From Hyaloraphidium curvatum SAG 235-1 (taxonomy: Eukaryota > Fungi > Monoblepharomycota), in contig JAIVFI010000008.1 in the NCBI GenBank assembly GCA_025558095.1, positions 791,322-855,321 on the forward strand: a stretch of DNA of 64,000 bases, given 5' to 3'. Below are positions 34,530 to 44,721 of this stretch, piece after piece; position 1 is the first letter of the stretch, and each line of letters opens with the position of its first letter. The notes beneath the pieces were generated by a model that was given only the letters and a program-made list of their open reading frames with translations, was not told the DNA's origin and did no database searches. The position numbers were made by a program, and so were the translations under genes.

Positions 34530-35888
34530 TCACGAAGCCGCCACTGCCTCGCCCGACCTCCCTCTCGACACCACCATCATCCCCTCCACCGCCATGCACT
34601 GCAGCGCCCCCGACACCGGATCGTAGTACACCGACGCCCCCGAGAGGCACCTCTCCACGCGCCGCGACGCCGTCTCGGCCGCCCACCCGCGGATCCACGG
34701 GTCCGACAGGGCCTCCTCCGCCGAGGGGCGCAGCGACGGGTCCGTCCGGAGGAGGCGGTGCACGAAGGCGCAGGCCTCAGCGGAGACGGTGGATGCGTCC
34801 TCGGGGGGGATGGCGAAGTCGCCGTGGGTGATGCGGTGGTACAGCTCGGCGAAGGAGGCCGAGTCGCCGAAGGGGGTGCGGCCGAACAAAAGCTGGAACA
34901 CCATGCAGCCGAGGGCCCAGAGATCGATTTTGGAGGTGTAGATGGCGCCGCGGACGATCTCGGGAGGGAGGAAGAAAGGGGTGCCTAGCATGAACGGGAG
35001 GGCGGCGTGAGCGTTGGAGAACTGGGGAGGCGCGATGGGACGCACCGGTCATGGTCTTCATCCCGCCTGCGGTGTACACGGCGTCGGCCGGGGTGTGCGA
35101 AAGACTGCCTGAGCCGCTCGGGCACGGCTCGGGGTGCAAGGCCGAAGTGGAGGGGAGCGGGCTCGTGTCCAGCTGGCTACTCCCGCCGCCGTCGTCCTCC
35201 TCGCTGTCGTCGTAGTCGCAAGGGGGCACCTCGACGTCGTCCACGTAGCAGTCGGCAAAGTCTGCTAGGACTGCCGTTTCGAGGCGCTCGGGGTCCTTGA
35301 GGAAGATGTTTGAGGGCTTGACGTCGCGGTGGGTGATGCCGCGGCTGTGCAGGAACGCGAGCGTGTCGAGCAGGATCGAGGTCAGGCGGGCGGCCTGGGC
35401 CTCGGGCAGCCTGCCGCCGTGGCGGGCGAGGTAGCCGGCGAGGTCGCCGCCGCCGTAGACGTCCATGAGGAAGTACCACTTGTCCTGCGGGCAGACCGGG
35501 GGTGAGGCAAGGCCTTCCGCGGCCCCAGGGAGCCTCCCACCTTCGTCTCGAAGGCCTCGTGGTACAGCGGCAGGTGGTCGTGCAGGCGGCCGAGCTGCCC
35601 GACCGCGGCGAAGCGCCGGCGCATGGCGAGCTCGGCGGCCTTGCGGGCGGGCGACGGTGCGTCGCGTTGGCGGCCGAGCAGCCCGCCGAAGCCCTCGGCG
35701 CCCTCCGCGGCCGGTTTCGGCATTATCTTGAGCGCGAACCGCTCGGAGGCGGAGTTCTCGACGAGCTTGATCCGCGCCTCGGCGCCGGCGCCCAGCAGCT
35801 CGATGTCGCGGTACGAGCGCCGCCGCTTGCGCCCGTGGGCGAAGATGGCGCGGTCCACCGGGTCCTCGGCGGCGGCGGGGAGGGCCAT
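34530..35888 (-). CDS. Ser/Thr protein kinase (CAMK-like), DFG replaced by DFA
   Basis: LGAGAEA, ALK, HRDVKPSN, ADFAD, GTPFFLPPE, DLWALG; two short introns. Confidence 0.85.
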
Positions 35889-37168
35889 AGCGTGGAGTTG
35901 GGTGCGGTGTGGTGTGGTGGTGGCGGGGTGCCGGGGTCCGGGCGGGCCTTAGCGTCCTTGTGGTTTGTGAGTCAAGGCCGCCGGAGGAACTTCGAACGCC
36001 GGTCCGCCGGAGGCACTGCCGGCCGATGATGTCGGGCTGCTCGGGACCAGTCCAGCTCGTCCCGACCTGAACCGGCTCTGACCGCGGTCGTAGGCAAGCG
36101 CGATGTGGCGTCGTTTGGAGCGGTCCCCAAAATGTCGGCGGGCCTGGGCCGTCGGCGCGGGCCGCTCGGCTGGTTCAAACGCCGAGAACCCCAGAGCGGG
36201 AACCTTGTCCGAAGAATTCGCAGGTAACCAAATGCACAGGCACTCCACAGTGCAAGTGCCGGCCAGAATCACCCGTCCCCCGGCCCGCCTGGCGAAGTTC
36301 CCGAGGGCGTGCGCACCCATGCTTGCTGGGCACCTGGCCGACCCGGCGAATCGGTACCACACGTCTCCCCGGCTTCCGGCCGCATCGCATGGAGCTGCTC
36401 CGTGCACCTGCTGACTGGCAGACCGGCCTCCGCAACGCTCCGGCGGCTTGCGGCTGGCGGCCCGCATCGACGATTGGCCTGCCGCCTTGCCGCAGCCCGG
36501 ACCCGAAGGGTCCGCCTTTCCGCGGATCGAACGCGATGGTCCGAGGGATCGCGGGACCGCGTCGCAACCTGTTCCTGCGGGGTTTTCCCAAAAGACAGCC
36601 GCCATGATTCCGCGAGCTCGGCAAGTAGGGGTAACCCCGGGGGCGCCCGGGCGGATGCGGAGCTTTGCCACCGGCGGCGGCATCGGCGGGGTCCGCAGGG
36701 AATAGTCAGGAGATCCTGCGTCCTCAAGTCCAGAGCGTCGGCGGCGGCCGCAGGGTCCGGTCGCCCATTTCCCTTTCGCGATTAGGCTTCGGCAGGGGCC
36801 GACAATTCGAGGGCTCCGTTGAGCAATCGGCTGTTGGAAGAGGAGCTTGCGACCCCATCCCCGTGACCAAAGTGCTCCGAATGGAACGCCGAGAAGAGCC
36901 CTGTTGATCCTCACCATGCCTACACGCAGCTCTTCAAGCAGCCGTGCCGACCTTGCCACCCTTCGACGCCGCTCTTCAGAGGCACTCGGCCTTGTGCCCG
37001 TCCTTCCACGCCGCGACCTGGCACACCTTGGAGAGTGCCGCAAGACGTTGCACGGCACGACGGAAGGGTGGTTTCCCCGTCGGTCGTTGGTGTGACTCGT
37101 AGTTCGAAGGATCTGGTTCACTAGAGCGCCGCACCAATGAGATGCCATCGAATAATCTATTGTCAGGA

Positions 37169-37184
37169 CACATTACTGACGTGT
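37169..37184 (+). repeat. Target site duplication (left copy) CACATTACTGACGTGT
   Basis: Exact 16-bp match to 38209-38224. Confidence 0.9.
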
Positions 37185-38208
37185 AATGAGGAGCTAGCAA
37201 TCCCACCGTACACTTAGAAATCCCCCTACGCCCCAAGAATCAGCTCCTCATCTACATTCAAACCAAAAGCGACCGGCGCGGGGGCCGGAGCGTTGACAGC
37301 GGCGGCTTCGGTGCACAGCTGAAGCCAGTGTTGGAGTTGGGCCGCGACGCCAAGAGCCCAGGCCACCGCGATCCGTTCGCGGAAGCGCCGCACAAAACGA
37401 GAGTAAAGGCCATCGAGGTCCACGGGCTGCCCATCGCGGCCGACGATCCCGGGATACTGGATGCGCCCCATCTCCGAGGAGAAGCGCGAGAAAGTGGCAG
37501 AGACAGCGCTGTACGAATCAAAAGCAAGCACGATCAGAGGGTAGAAGTTGGCGTTGAAGACGAAACGGGAGTAGTCCTTCCTGGCGGCCTCGACCCGCCG
37601 TTCGACTGCGTGGCCCGGGACCGAGAAGACCAGGCCCGTGTGCAAATGGGCCATAGAGGTGAGGGTCTTGATCTCGAGCAACCACCGTTTCCGGGTTTCG
37701 CGGTGCGTGATGAGAATGTCGCCAAGGCGGCCAGCATCCGCAGGCGTGGGCGGGGTGACAGTCTCGTAGCCATGCGCAAGGAGGTTTGGCGGCATGGGGT
37801 GCACGCGGAGGAGCGGGATGGAGCGAAGCGCCGCGCGGATGGCCGCGCAAATGTCGTCGTGACCAGGACTGAAGAGATCCCGGCCATAGCAGCCCGAGAA
37901 CGCGTGCTCCCCCGTCAGCGACATGGCCGATCGCTTGCAGCCCCGCCGGCAGGGCAAGGAAAGACCAGGGTAGTCGGCCTCGTGCAGGAGCGGGAGGCAA
38001 AGCCGGAAGCGTACAAGTAAGCGGAAAAAGTTGTTGCGAATGTGGTTGGCAAGCAGCGCGGGAGAGGCAGTCAGGAAAGCCGACAGGCCGTCCTGCGCCT
38101 GGACGAGCCGCTTGCGGCGCTCCAGACCAGCGGAAGTGTCGGGTTGCAAGGCAATCAGAGCCGCGAGGCGGCGCTGGTCCTCGAGACGCGTAAGGTCGCT
38201 CTGCAGGC
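37185..38208 (-). mobile_element. 5'-truncated CRE-like (RLE-type) non-LTR retrotransposon
   Basis: Open frame from 38206 to 37226: AFLTASP..FRLLVRFRLCLP, CRRGC..GEHAFSGC..GHD zinc knuckle, GDILI..LLEIKT nuclease core, FRERIAVAWALG; bounded by 16-bp direct repeats. Confidence 0.85.
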
Positions 38209-38224
38209 CACATTACTGACGTGT
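38209..38224 (+). repeat. Target site duplication (right copy) CACATTACTGACGTGT
   Basis: Exact 16-bp match to 37169-37184. Confidence 0.9.
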
Positions 38225-38308
38225 CGTCTCTCAGTCTGGGTATGAAGGTACTATGATGTAAGGGGGTGAGGCTTGTTAGAAAAAGGAATGTCATCCCTTC
38301 CGTCAAAA

Positions 38309-39958
38309 TCAGTTAAGATCTCCACCCTTTCGCATGATCAGCAGCTGCGCAAGCAGCGGGCAGCACATGGTGTACCACTCCCCGTCCCGGGACGGGCCCA
38401 ACGTGGGCAGCACGCACATCTCGGCCTCGTCCCCGGGCACCGCGTGAAAGGGCCCCCGTAGGAGCGTCGCGTTGCCGTATCCGAGACCGACGGACCCGGC
38501 CAACACAGTGGTGTTCTGCACGAAGAGCAACACGGCGAATCCTGAGTGCGCGGAGGCACAGCCGGGACGGGTGCCGGGGATGCGCACGACGGCTTCGGTG
38601 TGCATGGCCGTGCGCGTTCGGAATCGCGTGCACGCGGCGGCGAGCAGCGCGCTGCCTCCTGGAGCAGGGCCCGCGGCGGGGAACGAGAAGCGCTTGGAAA
38701 TGGCCACACGGACCGCATTGCCGGGGATCGGCCACGCACGGTGTTCCCCCCCGAAGGTCCCATTGGAATGCTCCGCAAAGGGCACGAAGGGCCCCAGCGT
38801 GGAAGCGTAGCCGATCGGGTTAAGCGGATCTGGTCCGAGCAGTTCCAAGAGCCTGTAGCCGTAAGAGAAGCCGCGCGCCCCCTGCTCTGTCGAGAAATCG
38901 GCCGCGCTGTCCGCGATCGCAGTGTCCTCGACGTTGTGCGCCATGACCCCGCGGCACCCCGCCTCGTCCCACGCCTCGCCCAGCACGTCATACATGCGCT
39001 GCACGGACGATCCTGGGCGGCACCCCACGAGGTCCTCGAATTCGACCTCGACCGACTCCACGCTGGTGCCCTCCTGCGCGTACCGTCCCGCCTGCACGAG
39101 ACCGTGGAACTCGCGCATCCAGTCTCGCTTTTTGGCCAGCACGGGTCCGGACCAGTTTGCAAACCGCCACCACCCGCTTTCCTTGGCATCCTGGCGAGCG
39201 AGGAGCACGATCGCCGTGCGCGGGAATAGCCGGATCCACCCGTCGATGAAGGCCAGGGAATCGTTCCAGCCGCCGCCGATGGAGCCGTCCATGAAGAGGT
39301 TGATCGACTTGAAACCGCTCGTGACGAAGCCGGGGACGTGCTCCATCATCTCCCCAACCAGCAGCCGCAGCAGGGCGTCCGACCGCGGGCCGTCGTACCT
39401 GTTGAACCACGCAGGCTTGTGAGCCAGGCTGGTCAGGGACCAGTGCCCGCCTCGCCAGCCGTCCGCGTGGCCCTGCACCGCCAGGTGGCGCTCGGTCGCG
39501 GCACGAGCCGCCGCGAGCGATGCCCTGTTGCCCCCGACCAGCGCCGAGAAGATGCCCGCGTTCTCGCCCCGGATGTTGTAGCAACGGAAGGCCGAATTGA
39601 GCAGGCGTACCAGCGAGGTAGAGCCGGAACGGCCCTGTGCCATGACCAGGACGGTGTCGAACCGAAGGGCGCGGGGGGCGCCGCCACGGAAGCATGCGGG
39701 TGACGGGGGCCCGAGGGCCGAGAGCGAGCGGATCAGGGGCGCGTAGTAAGGCAGAGCTGACGGCAAGGTCCTCGGCCCCAGGGCGAGTTGCTCCGGGGAA
39801 AGTGCGGATTGCGACACCATGGCCACGTTGTGGAGGAAGATTACGCCCAACAGGACGGAACAACCGCCCAGGACGAACGCCGGCATCGCCGAGGACAGGA
39901 GGCGACGGGGCGCGGGGCCGCGGGCCCAAGTGGCGGCCACCATCTCCAACCGAAGCAT
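38309..39958 (-). CDS. Type II membrane sulfotransferase-like P-loop protein
   Basis: N-terminal TM (FVLGGCSVLLGVIFL), VLVMAQGRSGSTSLVRLLN 5'-PSB-like loop, IRGEN, GFKSI, VEFEDL; intronless. Confidence 0.65.
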   Translation of the reverse strand: MLRLEMVAATWARGPAPRRLLSSAMPAFVLGGCSVLLGVIFLHNVAMVSQSALSPEQLALGPRTLPSALPYYAPLIRSLSALGPPSPACFRGGAPRALRFDTVLVMAQGRSGSTSLVRLLNSAFRCYNIRGENAGIFSALVGGNRASLAAARAATERHLAVQGHADGWRGGHWSLTSLAHKPAWFNRYDGPRSDALLRLLVGEMMEHVPGFVTSGFKSINLFMDGSIGGGWNDSLAFIDGWIRLFPRTAIVLLARQDAKESGWWRFANWSGPVLAKKRDWMREFHGLVQAGRYAQEGTSVESVEVEFEDLVGCRPGSSVQRMYDVLGEAWDEAGCRGVMAHNVEDTAIADSAADFSTEQGARGFSYGYRLLELLGPDPLNPIGYASTLGPFVPFAEHSNGTFGGEHRAWPIPGNAVRVAISKRFSFPAAGPAPGGSALLAAACTRFRTRTAMHTEAVVRIPGTRPGCASAHSGFAVLLFVQNTTVLAGSVGLGYGNATLLRGPFHAVPGDEAEMCVLPTLGPSRDGEWYTMCCPLLAQLLIMRKGGDLN

Positions 39959-41186
39959 GGCACCCGGTGCGTGGTGTTTGTGGCTGCCGCTGACTGCCGC
40001 ACGCTCCAGCCGTCATTCCGCAGAGAATCCCTGCCCGTGGGCTGCAAGCGCAAAGTACGCCAGAGTCGAGAGGCAACGGGTAGCATTGCCATTTTGAACA
40101 TCCGCCGGATCACGGCGCGCTGGACGGCAGTCACCGTCCGAGGCCGGAGGTCGCGATCGGAGAAACTCGCCACAGTTGGGGAGCTGCACATTCGGTCCGC
40201 ATTACAGCACCAACTGTCCCACATGGCCTCAAGGTAAGCCTCCATCGGCTTGCAACCCTTTGTTGCCGCCCGTACCCCGCTGCGTGCCCTTCTCTACGCA
40301 ACCAGCCATCCTCAACAGAAGCCTCGAGTTGCGTCGTCGGCAACAACTCGTCAAGCCGACTCCCGGACGGCAACAAACTCGTCCACCGAAGACGAAGCAG
40401 CCGGAACCCGTGGCCGGGTTGGTATCCGAGAAAGACTGCCGCTCAAACATTCTAGCGTTCTGTTCGAGCCCGCGCCCGACCCGCTGGTGCGCCCACGTCC
40501 TCCCCCGTGACGGGCTTCATGGCTCGAGCTCCGGCCATCCGAGGCGGGCGCGACGACTCTGGGGGCCCCATTACGTCCGCGGGCCGACCGTGTGTCGGAC
40601 AGCACGGAGTCCGCGGCCAGCCGGTGCTGTCCCTGCCGGCGTACAAGCAGCGCCACAGCCCTGAACCGCGTGGGCACCAGCTCCTACCAGGCTCACGGCG
40701 AGCACTGGTGGAACATGAACATCCCCAGGAGGAAGCCCCAGAGCGCGCCCAGCGCAAAGGGGACCGCGGCGGCGGGGCACGCGGCCATTGCCAGTTTCCC
40801 CGGCGGCAGAGCAACGGTGCGGACGCGGCTGCTAGCCCATTCGATTTCTTGCCGCGCTTGTGGCCCTCGGGAAAATGGGAGGGGCCCGGCCGGCTGCCGC
40901 ACGCGTGCGATCGGTGCGGCATGTCCTGCGCCCACCCCAGCCATCGTCGGTTGTTCCCTGCGCTCCGTCAGCAGATGACGCCGCTTCGCCATCATTGGTA
41001 TGCCGTCCTGCCCAGGTGGGCAGATTCAGACGCCTCACGATGAGGATGAAATGCCTCACCAGTCGCCGTACGAGTTTGAGTAGCAACAATCAGTTCGGGC
41101 ACCTGAGTTCCGTTCCGGTCCTCAAAGACTCGAAAAGCAATACTCCGAAAAGCAATACCATCCACACCCGTCTGTGTCTTCTCAAT

Positions 41187-43007
41187 CTACATCTTCGACT
41201 CCCCGCCCGTCCTTTGACCACCACCTTTGACATCGCCTTCATCGCGATCCGCTCTCGCATCCTTCCCCTCCGGGGCTGTTTTACCCTCGCCGCTTTCCCC
41301 GCTAACATCCCCCTCGGCAGGCTCCGGCTCCAGCTCCGGTTCCGGCATCAGCACCCCCTTGTCCGCCCTCACCACCACCCCCGGGTTCATCACCCCCACC
41401 GGATCGCAACCCTCCTTCTCCCTCGCCACCCTCTCCACCCACCCCCCCCCGGCCCCCGTCCTCGCCAGCCTCCCCCTCGCCGCCACCCTGCCCCCGGCCT
41501 CGACGATCGCCGCCGCGCACTTCGCCCTGAGCTCGCCCCACTGCTTCGCCATGCCCGCGGGGGAATCGTACCGCGCCGGGCCGGCGAACGCCAAAGAGGG
41601 GTACGCCTGCCGCCGCCCGATGCGCGAGACGCGGAGGGTCCACAGCGCGCCTTCCCGCTCCGCGACCCGCATGGCGCCGTCGATGCAGGCCGCCAGTTGT
41701 GCCCAGGGGCACGAGAACTCGAGGGTGCCGGAGACGATGCCGGAGAGGAGGAGGGCGTCGCGGAGGTACGGGAGGGTGGTGGGCGTCGGTTGGCCGGGAG
41801 GGGGGTCGGCGAGGACGTCCGAGGGCGGCGGGAGGACGCCGGCGTGGGAGCGGAGGAGGCGCGAGGCGGTGCCGGCGGCGGCAGAAGTGGGGAAGGCGAG
41901 GCGGATGGTGGTGCGCGGGTCGGTGCCGAGGGGGCGGCCGGCGAGGATGGCGACGGGGGAGGGGTCGGTGAGGAGCATTTCGGTGGGGTTGAGGCCGGAT
42001 TCGGCGATCGCTGGGTCGGGGAATGGGCGGTGTGAGTCGAGGAGGATCAGTGGTCGGGGCGAAGGAGGTCGCCCACCCTGGAGCGCCGCTAGACCCTTTT
42101 CCAGCGTCTCGAACAGGAACGTGCAGGAAGCCCGCTGGGTGGCGCGCGGCTGGAGACGCAGGGTGACCTCGGTGATGATCCCCAAGGCCCCTTCAGAGCC
42201 CACGAACACGTCCTCCCCATCTTGGACCGCCACGTCGCGGACCCCGGCCGGCGTCGCCACCTTCAAAGCCACCGCGTGCTGGGCCACATGCTCGCCGTCC
42301 GTGTGGGAGAACTGCGGGTACGCCCGCGTGGCGATCCAGCCCCCGACCGTCGAGTACTCCCACGCCTCAGGCAGCGCCGCGAAGGTGAGCCTGCCGGATG
42401 TCCGCTGCTCGAGCTGCGCGAGGAACAGCTGCCCCGTCGCGCCGGCCTGCACGCGCGCCGTCATTGTCCCTTCGTCGATGGCCAGCACCCGGTCCATGTG
42501 GCGCGTCAGGTCGACCGCGATGGCGCCGGCCAACGCGTTCGGCATCGGCTCCACGGCGCCGCCGCCCGAGGTCCCGCCGCCGAACGGAACCACGTGGACG
42601 CAGTTCTCCGCGCACCAATCCAGGAGCTTGATCACGTCGTCCTCGGATTTCGGGTAGGCGACCAGGTCGGGCGGCGAGGGGAAGTGCATGCAGCCGCCCC
42701 GGAGCACGTCCTCGGGGCCACATCCGTAGTTGTGCCGCAGCCGATCGAGGCCGGTCGACGAGCACATCGCGGCGACATTCGGCGGCAGCGACGACGCGTC
42801 GATTCGGGGCGGTCTGAGTCCCCTCGCCGTCTCGACGAACGCCGACGGCCACGGCCGGGGAACGCGCGTCCGCGGGGCACGGAGTGCCGGTTTGGCCTCG
42901 CTCAGCGCCCGCCCCACGGCCAGCACGGCGGCAGGGGGGACGCGGTCGATGCCGTCCTCGCGGCCGAAGCCCCAGTTGCTCCGCTCGGGCGGGCGCTTGG
43001 GGGGCAT
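41187..43007 (-). CDS. FAD-linked oxidase, alkyl-DHAP-synthase-like, degenerate C-terminal catalytic region; ends SKM
   Basis: NWGFG, PDLVAYP, VPFGGGTS, STVGGWIATR, GSEGALGIITE, DPVGVMNPG; in-frame intron near 42013-42078. Confidence 0.8.
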   Translation of the reverse strand: MPPKRPPERSNWGFGREDGIDRVPPAAVLAVGRALSEAKPALRAPRTRVPRPWPSAFVETARGLRPPRIDASSLPPNVAAMCSSTGLDRLRHNYGCGPEDVLRGGCMHFPSPPDLVAYPKSEDDVIKLLDWCAENCVHVVPFGGGTSGGGAVEPMPNALAGAIAVDLTRHMDRVLAIDEGTMTARVQAGATGQLFLAQLEQRTSGRLTFAALPEAWEYSTVGGWIATRAYPQFSHTDGEHVAQHAVALKVATPAGVRDVAVQDGEDVFVGSEGALGIITEVTLRLQPRATQRASCTFLFETLEKGLAALQGGRPPSPRPLILLDSHRPFPDPAIAESGLNPTEMLLTDPSPVAILAGRPLGTDPRTTIRLAFPTSAAAGTASRLLRSHAGVLPPPSDVLADPPPGQPTPTTLPYLRDALLLSGIVSGTLEFSCPWAQLAACIDGAMRVAEREGALWTLRVSRIGRRQAYPSLAFAGPARYDSPAGMAKQWGELRAKCAAAIVEAGGRVAARGRLARTGAGGGWVERVAREKEGCDPVGVMNPGVVVRADKGVLMPEPELEPEPAEGDVSGESGEGKTAPEGKDARADRDEGDVKGGGQRTGGESKM

Positions 43008-43119
43008 TTTATTCGGCACGGGTGCGCTTAGAGGTCCCAGCGGCACGGTTACATACGGCACGGTTGGAAGAGACACCAGGTCCAGAGTGTCGTTGGGGCC
43101 AGAAGAAACACAACACGAT

Positions 43120-43285
43120 CTTCTTTGTCTGCTTTGTCTGTTGTAAGGCACAGACGCCCGGTGGACGCGGGCCCGCGACAGACGGGGACGTCAAGCTCTC
43201 GCGGTGCGGCGGTTGCAAGGTCTCACGGTACTCCAAGGCGTGCCAAGTGAAGGTCACAAGGACGAGTGCATCAAAGGATACGCGT
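43120..43285 (+). pseudogene. Degenerate MYND finger relic
   Basis: CFVC..KLSRCGGCKVSRYSKACQ then a frameshift to GHKDEC; lacks the Cys of YCS and the Trp. Confidence 0.6.
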
Positions 43286-43374
43286 CGGGCGGTGGCAAGG
43301 CCGGCACGTCGGTTGAAGTGCAGAATGCGGGCACACATGATTCGGATTCACGAGACTTCGTTTTCTCCGGCTCC

Positions 43375-44517
43375 CTACCACGATTCGTCTCCGATGGTTT
43401 GTGGCATCTCCGGTCCCAGATCGAGCTGATCCGCCATCCGCTCGAGCCTCTGCCTCCCGCGGATGCCTTTCCAGTGCCGGTCCACTTCCTTCAACGGAGC
43501 TTCGGTGCGCGCCCAAGACCTCAGCTCCGCGGCCAACGGGTCCCTTTCCGCCCTCGGAATACCGAGCAGAGCATCCCCTTCGTCGTCCCACGTGGTCTGG
43601 ATCTCGAGCGCACTCGCGCGCCCGGACCGCGCGAAGGCCCGCGAGACGATCCGTTCCGCTTCTCGGTACGGAAAGTTCCCGCCGCAGGGTATGCCCCGCA
43701 GAACAACGCTTCCGTCCAAAAATGAACGTACGTGGGACGGAAATCTGGCCGGGCGAGGAGCAGGTCTTGGAGGACGCCCGGGAGCGCGTCGGCGAGGCGC
43801 TGCAGCCTTCCCAGGGCCGCTGAAGACATGGAGGCAAGGAAGGCGACCTGGGACTCCCTGTCGCCGCCGTATCCCTGGATGGTGATCTCCTTCACGGAGG
43901 GGGAACCCAGCGCGCCCGACTCGCAGATGCACCGCAGAAACCCGTCGAACTTTCCGCAGACATAGAGGTCGTTGAGAGCAGGGAAGCAGATTGGAATCGA
44001 CGCGGGAACCGGGTTAAAAGTCATGGGTGCCGAACACGACCAAGCTCTCCAGCTTGGGAAGCCGGAGCGACGCGAGGAGGTAGAAGGGGGCGGTGGTGTT
44101 GGCGATGATCTCCGCTGTGGTCACGTGCGGCGCCATGGCGGCCGCAAGGCCCGTATCCCACGGCCATGTTGCTTCCCGGGCCGTGTCCGACGCGAAGAGG
44201 TACCGGCACATGCGGAACTTGTCCGCGCCGCCCGAGTCCGACGCGAAGCTGGCCATCCGCTCGGGGGTGCCGAAAACCCGCGTCCATTCGCGCCCGTCGT
44301 CGGTCCCGTCGCGCCGCGGGATCTCCGTGATGCGCGCCACGAAGTACGGAAGGAGGAGGAGGACCTGCATCGCACGGGACGCGAGCGCCATCTCGCGGTG
44401 CGTGCGCAGGGGCGACGCGAGCGCCACCGCGAGAAGCAGCTTCGGGAACAGGCTGGGAGGCGGGAGTTCTTTCTCTCCTGCTGCAGCAGGACCGCCAACG
44501 CGTGCCATTGGTGCCAT
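43375..44517 (-). pseudogene. F-box-like/LRR-like gene split by two frameshifts
   Basis: Three consecutive coding-like frames (44014-44517, ~43720-44024, 43375-~43720) switch at short A/T runs; F-box-like LFPKLLLAVA..MALASR and LPKLESL. Confidence 0.55.
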
Positions 44518-44721
44518 TTGGTCCGGCGGGCGCTGCGTTTCGAACGCGTCGGGGAGGTCGGGGACCCGAGTCCCCTCGAGCGGCCATGGAATAGAGAAGA
44601 ATCATACGTCGATCCAGTAGAACTCAAGCACCCGCGACGAAGCTTTGTCGGTCATTGGATCGTCCACCATACCGCCGCACGGCACCGTCCTACGCAGCCC
44701 CCGTCCTGCCCCTTGCGCGCA

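Noticed and set aside
40350-40800. Hydrophobic stretch AVPFALGALWGFLLGMFMF on the minus strand
   Set aside because: Followed immediately by stops, with no convincing splice or domain; at most an unidentifiable relic.
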